A stretch of DNA of 64,000 nt from Dehalococcoidia bacterium. GTDB taxonomy: Bacteria > Chloroflexota > Dehalococcoidia > Lucifugimonadales > JADFKI01. This document shows positions 10,000-24,000 of this stretch, piece by piece. A model generated the notes under the pieces. The model was not told the origin of the DNA and made no database searches. It saw only the letters and a program-made list of their open reading frames with translations. Position numbers and translations under genes: made by a program. Location of the stretch: NCBI GenBank assembly GCA_965204445.1, contig OZ241992.1, positions 988,095-1,052,094 of the forward strand, read 5' to 3'. Each line of letters opens with the position of its first letter. Position 1 is the first letter of the stretch.

Positions 10000-10407
10000 C
10001 TACTCGGCATCGTAAATCATCCATTCGAGAAGGTTATCGTCCGGATCGCGGGCGTAGAGGCTGACGGCGTTTCGGTGGCGCAGCGCCCCTTTGCGCGGGC
10101 CCGGGCCGGCTATGATTGGAACGCCGGCGTCGCGCAGCATACGCTCGCAATCCTCGACAGCGCCGTCCCACACAAAGCAGATGTCCGCGCTGCCGGGAAC
10201 CGCGGTTGGGCCGCGCAGCGCCGCGGTGTAGCCCTCAGGATGGACGTTTATCTTGGAATTGCCTACCTGTATGGAAACGATATTCGCCTTGCCCGCGCGC
10301 CACTCGGCTTCATCGTTTATGACAAAGCCGAGCCGCTTGTAGAATGCGATAAGCCGCTCGATATCGGCGGTGGGCATAGCGATATGGTCGATGCTTGCGG
10401 TTGACAT
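10000..10407 (-). CDS. Glyoxalase/bleomycin-resistance/dioxygenase (VOC) family protein, 135 aa
   Basis: MSTASIDHIAMPTADIERLIAFYKRLGF... is typical of a VOC domain. ATG at 10405-10407 is preceded by GGAGAA. The Arg-rich 138-aa upstream extension in the ORF track looks non-coding. Confidence 0.8.
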   Translation of the reverse strand: MSTASIDHIAMPTADIERLIAFYKRLGFVINDEAEWRAGKANIVSIQVGNSKINVHPEGYTAALRGPTAVPGSADICFVWDGAVEDCERMLRDAGVPIIAGPGPRKGALRHRNAVSLYARDPDDNLLEWMIYDAE

Positions 10408-10472
10408 TTTCGTTCTCCGGATTAGGGCGTTTGCTTGGAGCGCAACGCTAGGCTTTTCGCGGACGGGGCGAT

Positions 10473-10865
10473 CTATGCGCCGCCGGACTTTCTGCTTGCG
10501 ATGAACGCCAGTATCGCGCCCAATATCAGAAGGGCGGACGCCGGCGCCGCCGCTTGAACTCCGATAGGAATGACGATGGCGGCTATCAGCATAAGCAGCG
10601 CCGCAAGTTTGGGCTTGGGCATTGACAGGATGCCGCCCGCAAGCCCCACGACAGCGGCGGCGAATGCGATTATGACGACCGCAGTCAGCGGCTCGCTGCC
10701 GTCGGCGGCCGGAGAAAGCCCGCGCTCCGCCGCTAGGAAAAAGCCCACGACGGCGCCTACGATTCCTGCTATCAGCGCCGCGCCGTTTAGGGATTTCAAC
10801 GCATTTATGTTCACTTTGCAATCTCTCTTATTTGGCTTAATCAGCGTAATTCGAGTATGCGCCAA
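10473..10865 (-). CDS. Small integral membrane protein (3-4 TM), unknown function
   Basis: Hydrophobic segments AALIAGIVGAVVGFFLAA, LTAVVIIAFAAAVVGLAGGIL, LAALLMLIAAIVIPIGV, ALLILGAILAFIA. The start is uncertain. Confidence 0.45.
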   Translation of the reverse strand: MAHTRITLIKPNKRDCKVNINALKSLNGAALIAGIVGAVVGFFLAAERGLSPAADGSEPLTAVVIIAFAAAVVGLAGGILSMPKPKLAALLMLIAAIVIPIGVQAAAPASALLILGAILAFIASRKSGGA

Positions 10866-10937
10866 TCCTACTACGGCGCATCGGTGATTTCAATTGCGAA
10901 TTACGGGCAGGCTTGCGCGGACGGACACGCCCGCCGC

Positions 10938-11525
10938 TCAGTGTCCTTGCTCCGACGGCAGGTAGTCTTTCAGTTCGCGCTTCCATTCGGGCGTGGGCGT
11001 GCGGACGCCTTCGCGGGGGACATACTGCGAGCGCTCTATGAGTTCGTATTTGTGAATGTAGCGGGCGCAGTTGGAATAGACTTCGGTTATCGCCACGCGC
11101 GCTATGAACTGCGCGCCGGGGTATTGGCGCATCAGCGCATCCTGTTCGTCTATGGACACAACGCCCTGCAGCCTAAGCCGCGCCTGCTCAACAAAGTCTA
11201 TGAACAGCAAGCCGGCGTTGGGGTTTTTGAGCAGGTTGCCCATGCTTTGGTACTTGCCGTTGCCGTCGTAGTTGGGAAAAGCGATGCAGCCGTCGTCCAC
11301 CACGGTTACGAAGCCCGGATCGCCGCCCTTGTATGAGCAGGTGGGCAGCCCGCGATGGTCGCAGGTGGCGATGAAGAACATATCGGCGCGCTCGATGAAG
11401 CGCCGCTGTTCGGGACTGAGGCGCTCCGACGCGCGTTGCGCTATGCGCTCGGCAAGGCGGCGCGTGCCGAACCGTTCCTGCAGCTGCAGGTTGCCATCGT
11501 GGAAATCGTGAACTTTTTGCGGCAC
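10938..11525 (-). CDS. Pyridoxamine 5'-phosphate oxidase-like FMN-binding split-barrel family protein
   Basis: RRFIERADMFFIATCDHRGLPTCSYKGGDPGFV...PNYDGNGKYQSMGNL is typical of the PNPOx-like family. Confidence 0.72.
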   Translation of the reverse strand: MPQKVHDFHDGNLQLQERFGTRRLAERIAQRASERLSPEQRRFIERADMFFIATCDHRGLPTCSYKGGDPGFVTVVDDGCIAFPNYDGNGKYQSMGNLLKNPNAGLLFIDFVEQARLRLQGVVSIDEQDALMRQYPGAQFIARVAITEVYSNCARYIHKYELIERSQYVPREGVRTPTPEWKRELKDYLPSEQGH

Positions 11526-11746
11526 GGGGAAACCTCGATTGTGTGTGGCTTATATGGGGCTAATACGGCGTTTGCGTAGGCGTTGTGTTTGCAGACGTCG
11601 GCGGTTTGGTTTGGATTGCGAACTAGCGCGGTCGACGGCGTAGGCGACGGCACTGCGCTGCGGGCGCATTAGCGGCGCAGGGGCGGGCGGCGCATTAGCG
11701 CAAGCCGCCCGCTGCGCGATTTTGGCTTTGCGGCGCAGACGCTAGG

Positions 11747-17077
<5,331 letters not shown>

Positions 17078-17149
17078 AAAGTAGCGCCTCCGTAGCTGCT
17101 TCAGCGTATCCGATTGTGTAAGTGCGTCCGGTTGTCAGTCGCGCGATTG

Positions 17150-20100
17150 TCAGTCGTCGCCGGCGACGGCATCGGCGGCCGCATCCGCGACGGGGCCGTC
17201 GTCCGTCTCAGCGCCGGCCGCAGGCGCATCGATCTGTTCGCCTGCGCCGTTGAGCGGCGTATCGGCGGCCGCATCGTCGCCGTCCGTTTCGGCCGCCGGG
17301 GCGTCGCCAGGTTCGCCGTCGTCATACGCGGGCATATCCGTTATGGGCGTTGCGAACAGCGACGTCGGGCCGAACATATCGTCCGCCGAACCTATCGCCG
17401 GCGGGAAATCGTCCATATCGCCTAGGTCGTCGAACTGATCGCTCAAAGTTTCGTGCATCAGCTCCACCGAAAGCCCAAGGCTCTGCAGCTCCTTCATCAG
17501 CACATGGAACGATTCGGGAACGCCCGGCTGCGTTACATTCTCGCCCTTGACGATAGCCTCATAGGTCTTGACCCGGCCGATGACGTCGTCCGATTTGAGA
17601 GTCAGCATCTCTTGCAGGTTGTTGGCGGCGCTGTACGCCTCAAGCGCCCAGACCTCCATCTCCCCGAAGCGCTGCCCGCCGAACTGCGCCTTGCCGCCCA
17701 ACGGCTGCTGCGTGATGAGCGAGTACGGCCCAGTTGAGCGCGCATGTATCTTGTCCTCGACCAAGTGTATGAGCTTCATCATATAGATGTAGCCCACCGC
17801 GATAGGCTGATCGAACGCCTCGCCCGTGCGCCCGTCATAGAGTACCGACTTGCCCAGCGTGGGCGCCGCTATCTGCGCCTCGCGGTTCAACCGCTTCGCC
17901 TCTTCCTGCATTACGCCAAGCGAGTTGTCTTCAACCTCGCGATCCAGATCCTCGCGCAGCCAAGTTTCAAGGCAAGCCCTGCTCGCCTCGCCGGGGACGC
18001 TGCCGTCGCCGAACACCGCGTCGTAGTCATACCCGCGCCGCGCAAGCCAAAAGCGCACTGCGCCCATATCTATGCGCCGCATACCGCCGCCGTCGTCCGA
18101 CGCCACATCCACGGCGCCCGACTTGTCGATAATCCAAGCGCGCGCAAGAGCGTCTTCGATATCCGTGTCTTTCGCGCCGTCGAACACCTGCGTATCCGCA
18201 TTGAAGCCGAGGTTGCTCGCCGCCCAGCCAAGATGCGTCTCAAGCACCTGCCCGAGGTTCATTCGCGAAGGCACGCCGATGGGGTTGAGGATGATGTCGA
18301 CCGGCGTGCCGTCGGGCAGGAAGGGCATATCCTCTTCCGGAAGTATCTTCGCCACCACGCCCTTGTTGCCGTGCCGCCCCGCCATCTTGTCCCCTTCGGT
18401 TATCTTGCGCGTCTGCGCGATCCACAACCGCACCATCTTCTTGACCCCGGGCGACAGATCCGCCTTGTTCGTGCCGTCCAGCACCCTGACGCCGATAACC
18501 TTGCCGCGCTCGCCGTGCGGCACGCGCAGCGAAGTGTCTTTCACATCGCGCGCCTTTTCCCCGAATATCGCGCGCAGCAACTTCTCTTCGGCGCTGAGCT
18601 CCGTTTCCCCCTTGGGCGTTATCTTGCCCACCAAAATATCGCCCGTCTTAATCTCCGCCCCAACGCGGATGATGCCGTCTTCATCCAGATTGCGCAGGCT
18701 CTCTTCCCCCACATTCGGGATGTCCCGCGTTATGTCTTCCGGCCCAAGCTTGGTGTCGCGCGCCTCGACTTCGTGCTTCTCTATGTGAATGGATGTGAAC
18801 TTATCGTCCTTCACCAGGCGGCGGCTGAGGATGATTGCATCCTCAAAGTTGTACCCCCCCCAGCTCATAAACGCCACCAGCACATTCTGCCCCAGCGCAA
18901 GCTCGCCCTGCCCGGTGGATGAGCTGTCCGCCAAAATGTCCCCCCGCTTGACCACATCCCCCTTGCTGACGATCGAGCGCTGATTGAGGCAGGTTCCCTG
19001 ATTGCTGCGCATGAACTTCAGCAGCCGATGCGTATGCGTTTCCCCGTTGCGGTCCACCACGAGGATATGGTCCCCGGTGGACTCCGCAACCACGCCGTCC
19101 ACTTCGGATATGATGAGCTGCCCGCTGTCCCGCGCCACGCGCGCCTCAAGCCCCGTCCCTACCAGCGGCGGCTCCGGGCGCAGCAGCGGCACCGCTTGGC
19201 GCTGCATATTGGAACCCATCAGCGCGCGGTTTGCGTCATCGTGTTCCAAGAACGGAATTAGCGCAGTCGATACGCTCACCAGTTGCATCGGCGATACATC
19301 CATATAGCCGATGCTCTCAGCCGCCACCAACTCCACGTCCACGCCCCGCCGCGTCTCTATGCGCTCATCTACGAACTGCCCCTTCTCATCGATCTTCGTA
19401 GTCGACTGAGCGATGTTGACGCCCTCTTCGCGGTCGGCGGACAGATACTCGATCGCATCCGGGTCGTCGGACACATACGGCTTGACCTTGATCATCTGCT
19501 TCGGCAGCGCCTTTATGCGGTTCACATAGCGCTTATGCACCACCCTGCCCGCCGTGAGCAAATTCCTGCCGTCGTCGCCCCTAATATCCTGGCGAAGCTC
19601 ACGCCCCTCGATGTCCGGGTCGTCGTTCGCTATCTCAGTGATGACGGGGCGGTACGGCGTCTCGATGAACCCGAAATCGTTGGTGCGCGCGTAAGTCGCG
19701 AGCGAACCCAGCAGCCCGATGTTCGGCCCTTCGGGCGTCTCGATCGGGCAGATGCGCCCATAGTGCGAGTGATGCACGTCGCGCACATCGAAGCCCGCCC
19801 GCTCCCTCGACAGCCCGCCAGGCCCCAGCGCCGACAGCCGCCGCTTGTGCGTCAGCTCTGCGAGCGGATTCGTTTGATCCATAAACTGCGATAGCTGGGA
19901 GCCGCCGAAAAATTCGCGCACCGCCGCGACCACCGGGCGTATGTTTATCAGCGCCGCCGGCGAAGTGGTGTCCGGATCTATCTGCGTAGTCATACGCTCC
20001 CGAATGACCCGCTCCATTCGCACCAACCCCACCCGGATCTGGTTCTGTATCAGCTCGCCCACGGCGCGCACGCGGCGGTTGCCCAGATGGTCTATATCGT

Positions 20101-21238
20101 CCGGCGTTACCTCATCGTTGTTGATGCGTATCATCATCCTGAGCAGCGCGATGATGTCTTCCGGCTCCAGTACCCGCAGCTCGGACGGCTCCTCTTCCCT
20201 TAGGCTGCGGTTCAGCTTATAGCGCCCCACCCGCCCAAGGTCGTAGCGCCTATCGTTGTAGAAGAGGTTGTCTATCAGCGTGCGCGCGTTATCCGCGTTC
20301 ACCGGCTCCCCGGGGCGCAGCCGTCGGTAGAACTCTTCCAAGGCATCCTGCTGCGTGGCTACCGCCGTATCGCGGTCGATCGTAGTCCGCACGAATTCGT
20401 GTTCAGGGTTGGTGTCCACATCCTCGAACAGATCGAGGATTTTCTGATTGGTGTCATAGCCCATCGCGCGCAGCAGCGTGCTGATAGGCGTCTTGCGCTT
20501 GCGGTCAACCTTGACCGAAATCACATCGCGGTTGCTAGTCTCGAACTCCATCCAAGCCCCGCGGTAGGGTATCAGTTTGGCTGCGGCGAGCTTCCGGCCC
20601 GTGTTCGGATCCGCGGCAGCCGTAAAGTACACCCCCGGCGAGCGCACAAGCTGACTCACCACCACGCGCTCCGCCCCGTTGATGACGAACGTCCCCGTCT
20701 TGGTCATCATCGGTATATCCCCCACGAACAGCTCCTGCCCCTTGATTTCGCCGCTGCTCGTCCCCGGCGCCTTTATCTCCAGCGTGACATCCACATAGAG
20801 CGGCGCAGAGAAGGTAATCTCTTTCTCGCGGCACTCATCCTCATCGTACTTAGGCCCCTTGCACTCCCTGTGGCATTCGCCCTGCACGATGAAGCTATGC
20901 GGCCCAATGGCGTAATCGCCCGACTTGTCCAGATCCGCCTTTGGGCATCTGCCCTCGAAGTCTTTCGGATCGACGCCGTCTTTCTCGCGCCCCTTGTAGT
21001 GTCTGCCGAAGTGATGCTCCCCGAAGGTGAGCTCAAAGCGCTTGCCAGAGGCGTCTTGGATAGGCGAAATCTCTTCCCAGAGATCCTTCAGCCCATCCCC
21101 CATAAACCATTCGAACGACCTGCGCTGAACCTGAAGCAGGTCCGGCACCGGCATGATCGTCGTCGTCGCGGCAAACGAATGCCGACCGTCGGCGGTTTTG
21201 CCGTTAGCGGCGGGCTTGGCGATAGTGGTAGTGGTCAT
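17150..21238 (-). CDS. rpoB: DNA-directed RNA polymerase subunit beta
   Basis: [103 protein letters not shown] 21238 lies 11 nt after AAGGAG; the track's GTG 21250 overlaps the RBS. Confidence 0.98.
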   Translation of the reverse strand: MTTTTIAKPAANGKTADGRHSFAATTTIMPVPDLLQVQRRSFEWFMGDGLKDLWEEISPIQDASGKRFELTFGEHHFGRHYKGREKDGVDPKDFEGRCPKADLDKSGDYAIGPHSFIVQGECHRECKGPKYDEDECREKEITFSAPLYVDVTLEIKAPGTSSGEIKGQELFVGDIPMMTKTGTFVINGAERVVVSQLVRSPGVYFTAAADPNTGRKLAAAKLIPYRGAWMEFETSNRDVISVKVDRKRKTPISTLLRAMGYDTNQKILDLFEDVDTNPEHEFVRTTIDRDTAVATQQDALEEFYRRLRPGEPVNADNARTLIDNLFYNDRRYDLGRVGRYKLNRSLREEEPSELRVLEPEDIIALLRMMIRINNDEVTPDDIDHLGNRRVRAVGELIQNQIRVGLVRMERVIRERMTTQIDPDTTSPAALINIRPVVAAVREFFGGSQLSQFMDQTNPLAELTHKRRLSALGPGGLSRERAGFDVRDVHHSHYGRICPIETPEGPNIGLLGSLATYARTNDFGFIETPYRPVITEIANDDPDIEGRELRQDIRGDDGRNLLTAGRVVHKRYVNRIKALPKQMIKVKPYVSDDPDAIEYLSADREEGVNIAQSTTKIDEKGQFVDERIETRRGVDVELVAAESIGYMDVSPMQLVSVSTALIPFLEHDDANRALMGSNMQRQAVPLLRPEPPLVGTGLEARVARDSGQLIISEVDGVVAESTGDHILVVDRNGETHTHRLLKFMRSNQGTCLNQRSIVSKGDVVKRGDILADSSSTGQGELALGQNVLVAFMSWGGYNFEDAIILSRRLVKDDKFTSIHIEKHEVEARDTKLGPEDITRDIPNVGEESLRNLDEDGIIRVGAEIKTGDILVGKITPKGETELSAEEKLLRAIFGEKARDVKDTSLRVPHGERGKVIGVRVLDGTNKADLSPGVKKMVRLWIAQTRKITEGDKMAGRHGNKGVVAKILPEEDMPFLPDGTPVDIILNPIGVPSRMNLGQVLETHLGWAASNLGFNADTQVFDGAKDTDIEDALARAWIIDKSGAVDVASDDGGGMRRIDMGAVRFWLARRGYDYDAVFGDGSVPGEASRACLETWLREDLDREVEDNSLGVMQEEAKRLNREAQIAAPTLGKSVLYDGRTGEAFDQPIAVGYIYMMKLIHLVEDKIHARSTGPYSLITQQPLGGKAQFGGQRFGEMEVWALEAYSAANNLQEMLTLKSDDVIGRVKTYEAIVKGENVTQPGVPESFHVLMKELQSLGLSVELMHETLSDQFDDLGDMDDFPPAIGSADDMFGPTSLFATPITDMPAYDDGEPGDAPAAETDGDDAAADTPLNGAGEQIDAPAAGAETDDGPVADAAADAVAGDD

Positions 21239-21464
21239 ATGCGCACACACTCCTTAGCGGAAGAGATGGCTTGATAGCGGTTGAACGACCGCCGTAGATA
21301 TAGCGTTTTACGGCGCAAACGCAGGGGAAGCGAAGAGGACGAAAAAGGGCGCAATTCGGCTACGGTTCGGCGTAAGCAATAGAAAGCGCACTATTTTCAG
21401 AAGGCACATAGTTTGGGTATCTACCAAATTAGCATACCATATCCAACAATGTCAATACAAAATT

Positions 21465-21487
21465 AGACATTTAACTTAGAAATGTCT
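21465..21487. promoter_or_regulatory. 8-bp inverted repeat (AGACATTT-N7-AAATGTCT) in the AT-rich rpoB / LLM divergent intergenic region; possible operator
   Basis: Read directly: agacatttaacttagaaatgtct. It sits inside the only strongly AT-rich stretch (about 21400-21500) upstream of rpoB. Confidence 0.3.
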
Positions 21488-21544
21488 TATAAATCCATTG
21501 AAATCGCGCCAAAACGCGCCGCCCCCCTTTGCGCCCCCGCGCCT

Positions 21545-21574
21545 TTGCGTTAAAATCATCCCACAACATATAAT
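21545..21574 (+). promoter_or_regulatory. Sigma70-like promoter for the LLM oxidoreductase gene (TTGCGT-18 nt-TATAAT)
   Basis: ttgcgt (21545-21550), 18-nt spacer, tataat (21569-21574), about 55 nt upstream of ATG 21630. The -35 is part of the recurring CCTTTGCGTT motif. Confidence 0.5.
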
Positions 21575-21629
21575 AGCCAAAACCCCGACCGACCGCTGAC
21601 CTTACCTTATAAATAGGAGACGCCGCCTT

Positions 21630-22472
21630 ATGGACATAGGAATCTCGACCTTCCCCACCGACTACTCAGTCGACATAGCCACCTTGGCGAAGCGCGCAGA
21701 GCAACTCGGCTTCGAATCGCTGTGGGTGCCGGAGCATCCCATCCTGCCCGTTCACGCCAACTCCCCCTGGCCCGGCTCCCCCGACGGCGTCATACCCAAA
21801 GTCTATGCCGACATCGTCGACCCATTCGTGGCGCTGGCGCGCGCATCCGCCGTTACCGACACCCTCAAGCTGGGAACCGGCATCTGCCTTGTAACCGAGC
21901 GCAACCCCCTGCTGCTGGCGAAAGAGATTGCCACCCTAGATATGTACTCCAAAGGCCGCTTCCTGTTCGGCATCGGCACCGGCTGGCACCGCGAAGAGAC
22001 CGAAATTATGGGCGGCGACTTCGACCACCGCTGGACGCAGGCGCGCGAAGCGATTATGGCGATGAAGCAGCTCTGGACAACGGTTGAGAGCGAATTCCAC
22101 GGCAAGTATTACGACTTCCCGCCCGTCTATTCGTTCCCACGCCCGGCGCAGCGCCCGCATCCGCCCGTGTTCCTAGGCGGCATGGCGCGCAACGTGTTCC
22201 GCCGCGTCGCCGACTACGGCGACGGCTGGATGCCCAACCGCGTTACCCCGCAGCAAGTCAAGCAAGGACGCGCCGCCATCACCGAACTAGCGCAAGCCGC
22301 GGGCAGAGATCCGGCGTCCATCAACGTGTCCGTGTTCGGCCAGCCCGCCGACCGCGATCTGATAGCCCAACTCCAAGAAGCCGGCGCAGACCGCGTTATG
22401 GTGCGCCTAGAAACCGCCCCCGAAGCCGAAGCCCTCGCAAACCTGGAAAGCATCGCCGAAGCCGTGCTATAA
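21630..22472 (+). CDS. LLM-class (luciferase-like) F420/flavin-dependent oxidoreductase
   Basis: MDIGISTFPTDYSVDIATLAKRAEQLGFESLWVPEHPILP..., GRFLFGIGTGW. RBS AGGAGA lies 9 nt upstream. Confidence 0.85.
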   Translation: MDIGISTFPTDYSVDIATLAKRAEQLGFESLWVPEHPILPVHANSPWPGSPDGVIPKVYADIVDPFVALARASAVTDTLKLGTGICLVTERNPLLLAKEIATLDMYSKGRFLFGIGTGWHREETEIMGGDFDHRWTQAREAIMAMKQLWTTVESEFHGKYYDFPPVYSFPRPAQRPHPPVFLGGMARNVFRRVADYGDGWMPNRVTPQQVKQGRAAITELAQAAGRDPASINVSVFGQPADRDLIAQLQEAGADRVMVRLETAPEAEALANLESIAEAVL

Positions 22473-22542
22473 ACCGCGCTCTTACGGCGGGTATTAACGC
22501 AATCTAGCCCCTTGCGCCATTGCGCCATTGCGTTAATCCCGC

Positions 22543-23586
22543 CTATCCAAACAACGGCATCACCCGGTCGGCGAACAGGCGCATCGACGCCTGCACCCGC
22601 TCCGTGTCCATTTCCCCCGTGTTGAACTTCAGCATCAGGTTGCGCACGCCCGCGTCGCGCATCTCCGCTATCTCATCCGCCACCTGGCGCGGCGTCCCCG
22701 CGATAAACGCCTTGCCTATATCCTCCGAATCCGACGCCGGCGCTATATCGCTGTCCGACGGCTTGGGCGCGAATTCGGCGGGATTGTAGAGACGTCGCGC
22801 GTCTCCGAAATGCTTGCGCTCGCGCGCGAACCCGTACTCCGCCATCTCGCGCGCCTCCCCATAGGTGTCCGCCACAAACACATTGCGCGACGCCCAGCAC
22901 ATATCCAGCGCCGCCTCCACCGCGTTTTCCCCGAAACCCGCGCTCAGCATCGCATCGCGATAGCCCCTAAGACGGCTCGCCAGCGTCTGCGGCGGCATTA
23001 TCCCCAGCATCACCGGCCGCCCTATCCGCGCCATCGCCAGCGTGGACGCCTCGCTTATGCACGCCCGCACAAGCGGCGGATGCGGCTTCTGATACGGCGG
23101 CGGACGCAGCATCGGAAACGCCACCCGCCAGTGTTCCCCTTCATGCCGCAAGTCTTTCGCAGTCCAAGCCTTCACCAGCAGATCCTCCGCTTCCTCTACG
23201 CGGTCTATCCCGTCCTGCATACTCAGCCCGAACCCAATGTACTCATAATGATTGAACGCCGATCCCCGCCCAATGCCCACAATCAGCCTGCCGTGGCACA
23301 GGTTATCCAGCAGCGCCGTCTGCGCCGCAAGCCGAATGGGATGATGCAGCGCCAATTCCACCACCGCGAACCCAATCCGAATTTGCCGCGTGCGCGCCGC
23401 CACCGCAGCCCCCATCACCAGCGGATCGGCGTACGCCACCGCCCCGTCAAAGTGATGCTCCGTAAGCCAAACCGCATGCAGCCCCACAGCGTCCGCCAGC
23501 TCAATCTCGCGCAGCGTCCCGTCTATCACGCCGCCATCCCCGCCCGGATTGTGGCTTACCGGAAATACAAACGAACCGAACCGCAT
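22543..23586 (-). CDS. LLM-class (luciferase-like) flavin-dependent oxidoreductase
   Basis: MRFGSFVFPVSHNPGGDG..., LHAVWLTEHHFDG, GRLIVGIGRGS. ATG 23586 lies 8 nt after GGAGG. The 59-aa upstream extension in the ORF track is rejected. Confidence 0.85.
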   Translation of the reverse strand: MRFGSFVFPVSHNPGGDGGVIDGTLREIELADAVGLHAVWLTEHHFDGAVAYADPLVMGAAVAARTRQIRIGFAVVELALHHPIRLAAQTALLDNLCHGRLIVGIGRGSAFNHYEYIGFGLSMQDGIDRVEEAEDLLVKAWTAKDLRHEGEHWRVAFPMLRPPPYQKPHPPLVRACISEASTLAMARIGRPVMLGIMPPQTLASRLRGYRDAMLSAGFGENAVEAALDMCWASRNVFVADTYGEAREMAEYGFARERKHFGDARRLYNPAEFAPKPSDSDIAPASDSEDIGKAFIAGTPRQVADEIAEMRDAGVRNLMLKFNTGEMDTERVQASMRLFADRVMPLFG

Positions 23587-23829
23587 CGTCAAAGCCTCCA
23601 TATAAGTATGCCGGTGCGCCGATATGCCGAATGCGCCAACCGCGCCTTGCGTATCGCGCAACCGCCCTTTCGCAAGTGCCGAATACGCCAAGCGCATCTT
23701 GCAACCGCCCTTTCGCAAGCGCCAACCAAGTATAACCCAATCGCCCCCCGTCTTGCCTTGCATTCAAGCCGTGAACCGCATCCGCCGCAAGCAAAACCCA
23801 ATCGGCGCGCATCTTGTTCTGCCACCCGG

Positions 23830-23858
23830 GTATTCTTAGTATTCTTAGTATTCTTAGT
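23830..23858. repeat. Perfect 9-bp tandem repeat x3 (GTATTCTTA)3
   Basis: gtattcttagtattcttagtattcttag, read directly, about 60 nt upstream of the -35 of the GLUG-protein promoter. Confidence 0.9.
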
Positions 23859-23917
23859 TGTGAGTGCCATTGTATCTAATACCACTCGATTTTGTGAATG
23901 CCAATATCGTTAATGTG

Positions 23918-23947
23918 TTGACATTGCAAACCCGCCTGCGATATGCT
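23918..23947 (+). promoter_or_regulatory. Sigma70-like promoter of the GLUG-repeat protein gene (TTGACA-18 nt-TATGCT)
   Basis: ttgaca 23918-23923 and tatgct 23942-23947, followed by AAGGAG 23986-23991 and ATG 24001. Confidence 0.6.
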
Positions 23948-24000
23948 ATTGCCTATCATACATATCAGCCACCCTAATCAAATAAAAGGAGTGTCCCAAA

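Noticed and set aside
10408-10821. N-terminal 138-aa extension of the glyoxalase ORF (10000..10821); likewise the extensions of 22543..23763, 9112..9966, 51830..53557, 59789..61432 and 44341..45252
   Set aside because: The extensions are Arg-rich or unstructured, overlap neighbouring features, and an internal start with a strong Shine-Dalgarno sequence gives the canonical family N-terminus.
11655-11725. Long imperfect hairpin with duplicated GGCGCATTAGCG downstream of rpoC as its terminator
   Set aside because: The T-tract (ATTTTGG) is on the plus strand, the wrong side for the minus-strand rpoC. It could still be a structured element, but I cannot support a terminator call.
22810-23913. 367-aa plus-strand ORF antisense to the LLM oxidoreductase; similar cases are 34274..35215 (-) in the GMC gene, 41436..42587 (+) in rmuC, 37909..38754 (-) in the DLH gene, 61435..62250 (-) in DUF1501 and 27604..28557 (+) in rnd
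   Set aside because: Each overlaps a gene with clear family motifs on the other strand, and their composition (Arg/His/Pro-rich) is non-protein-like.
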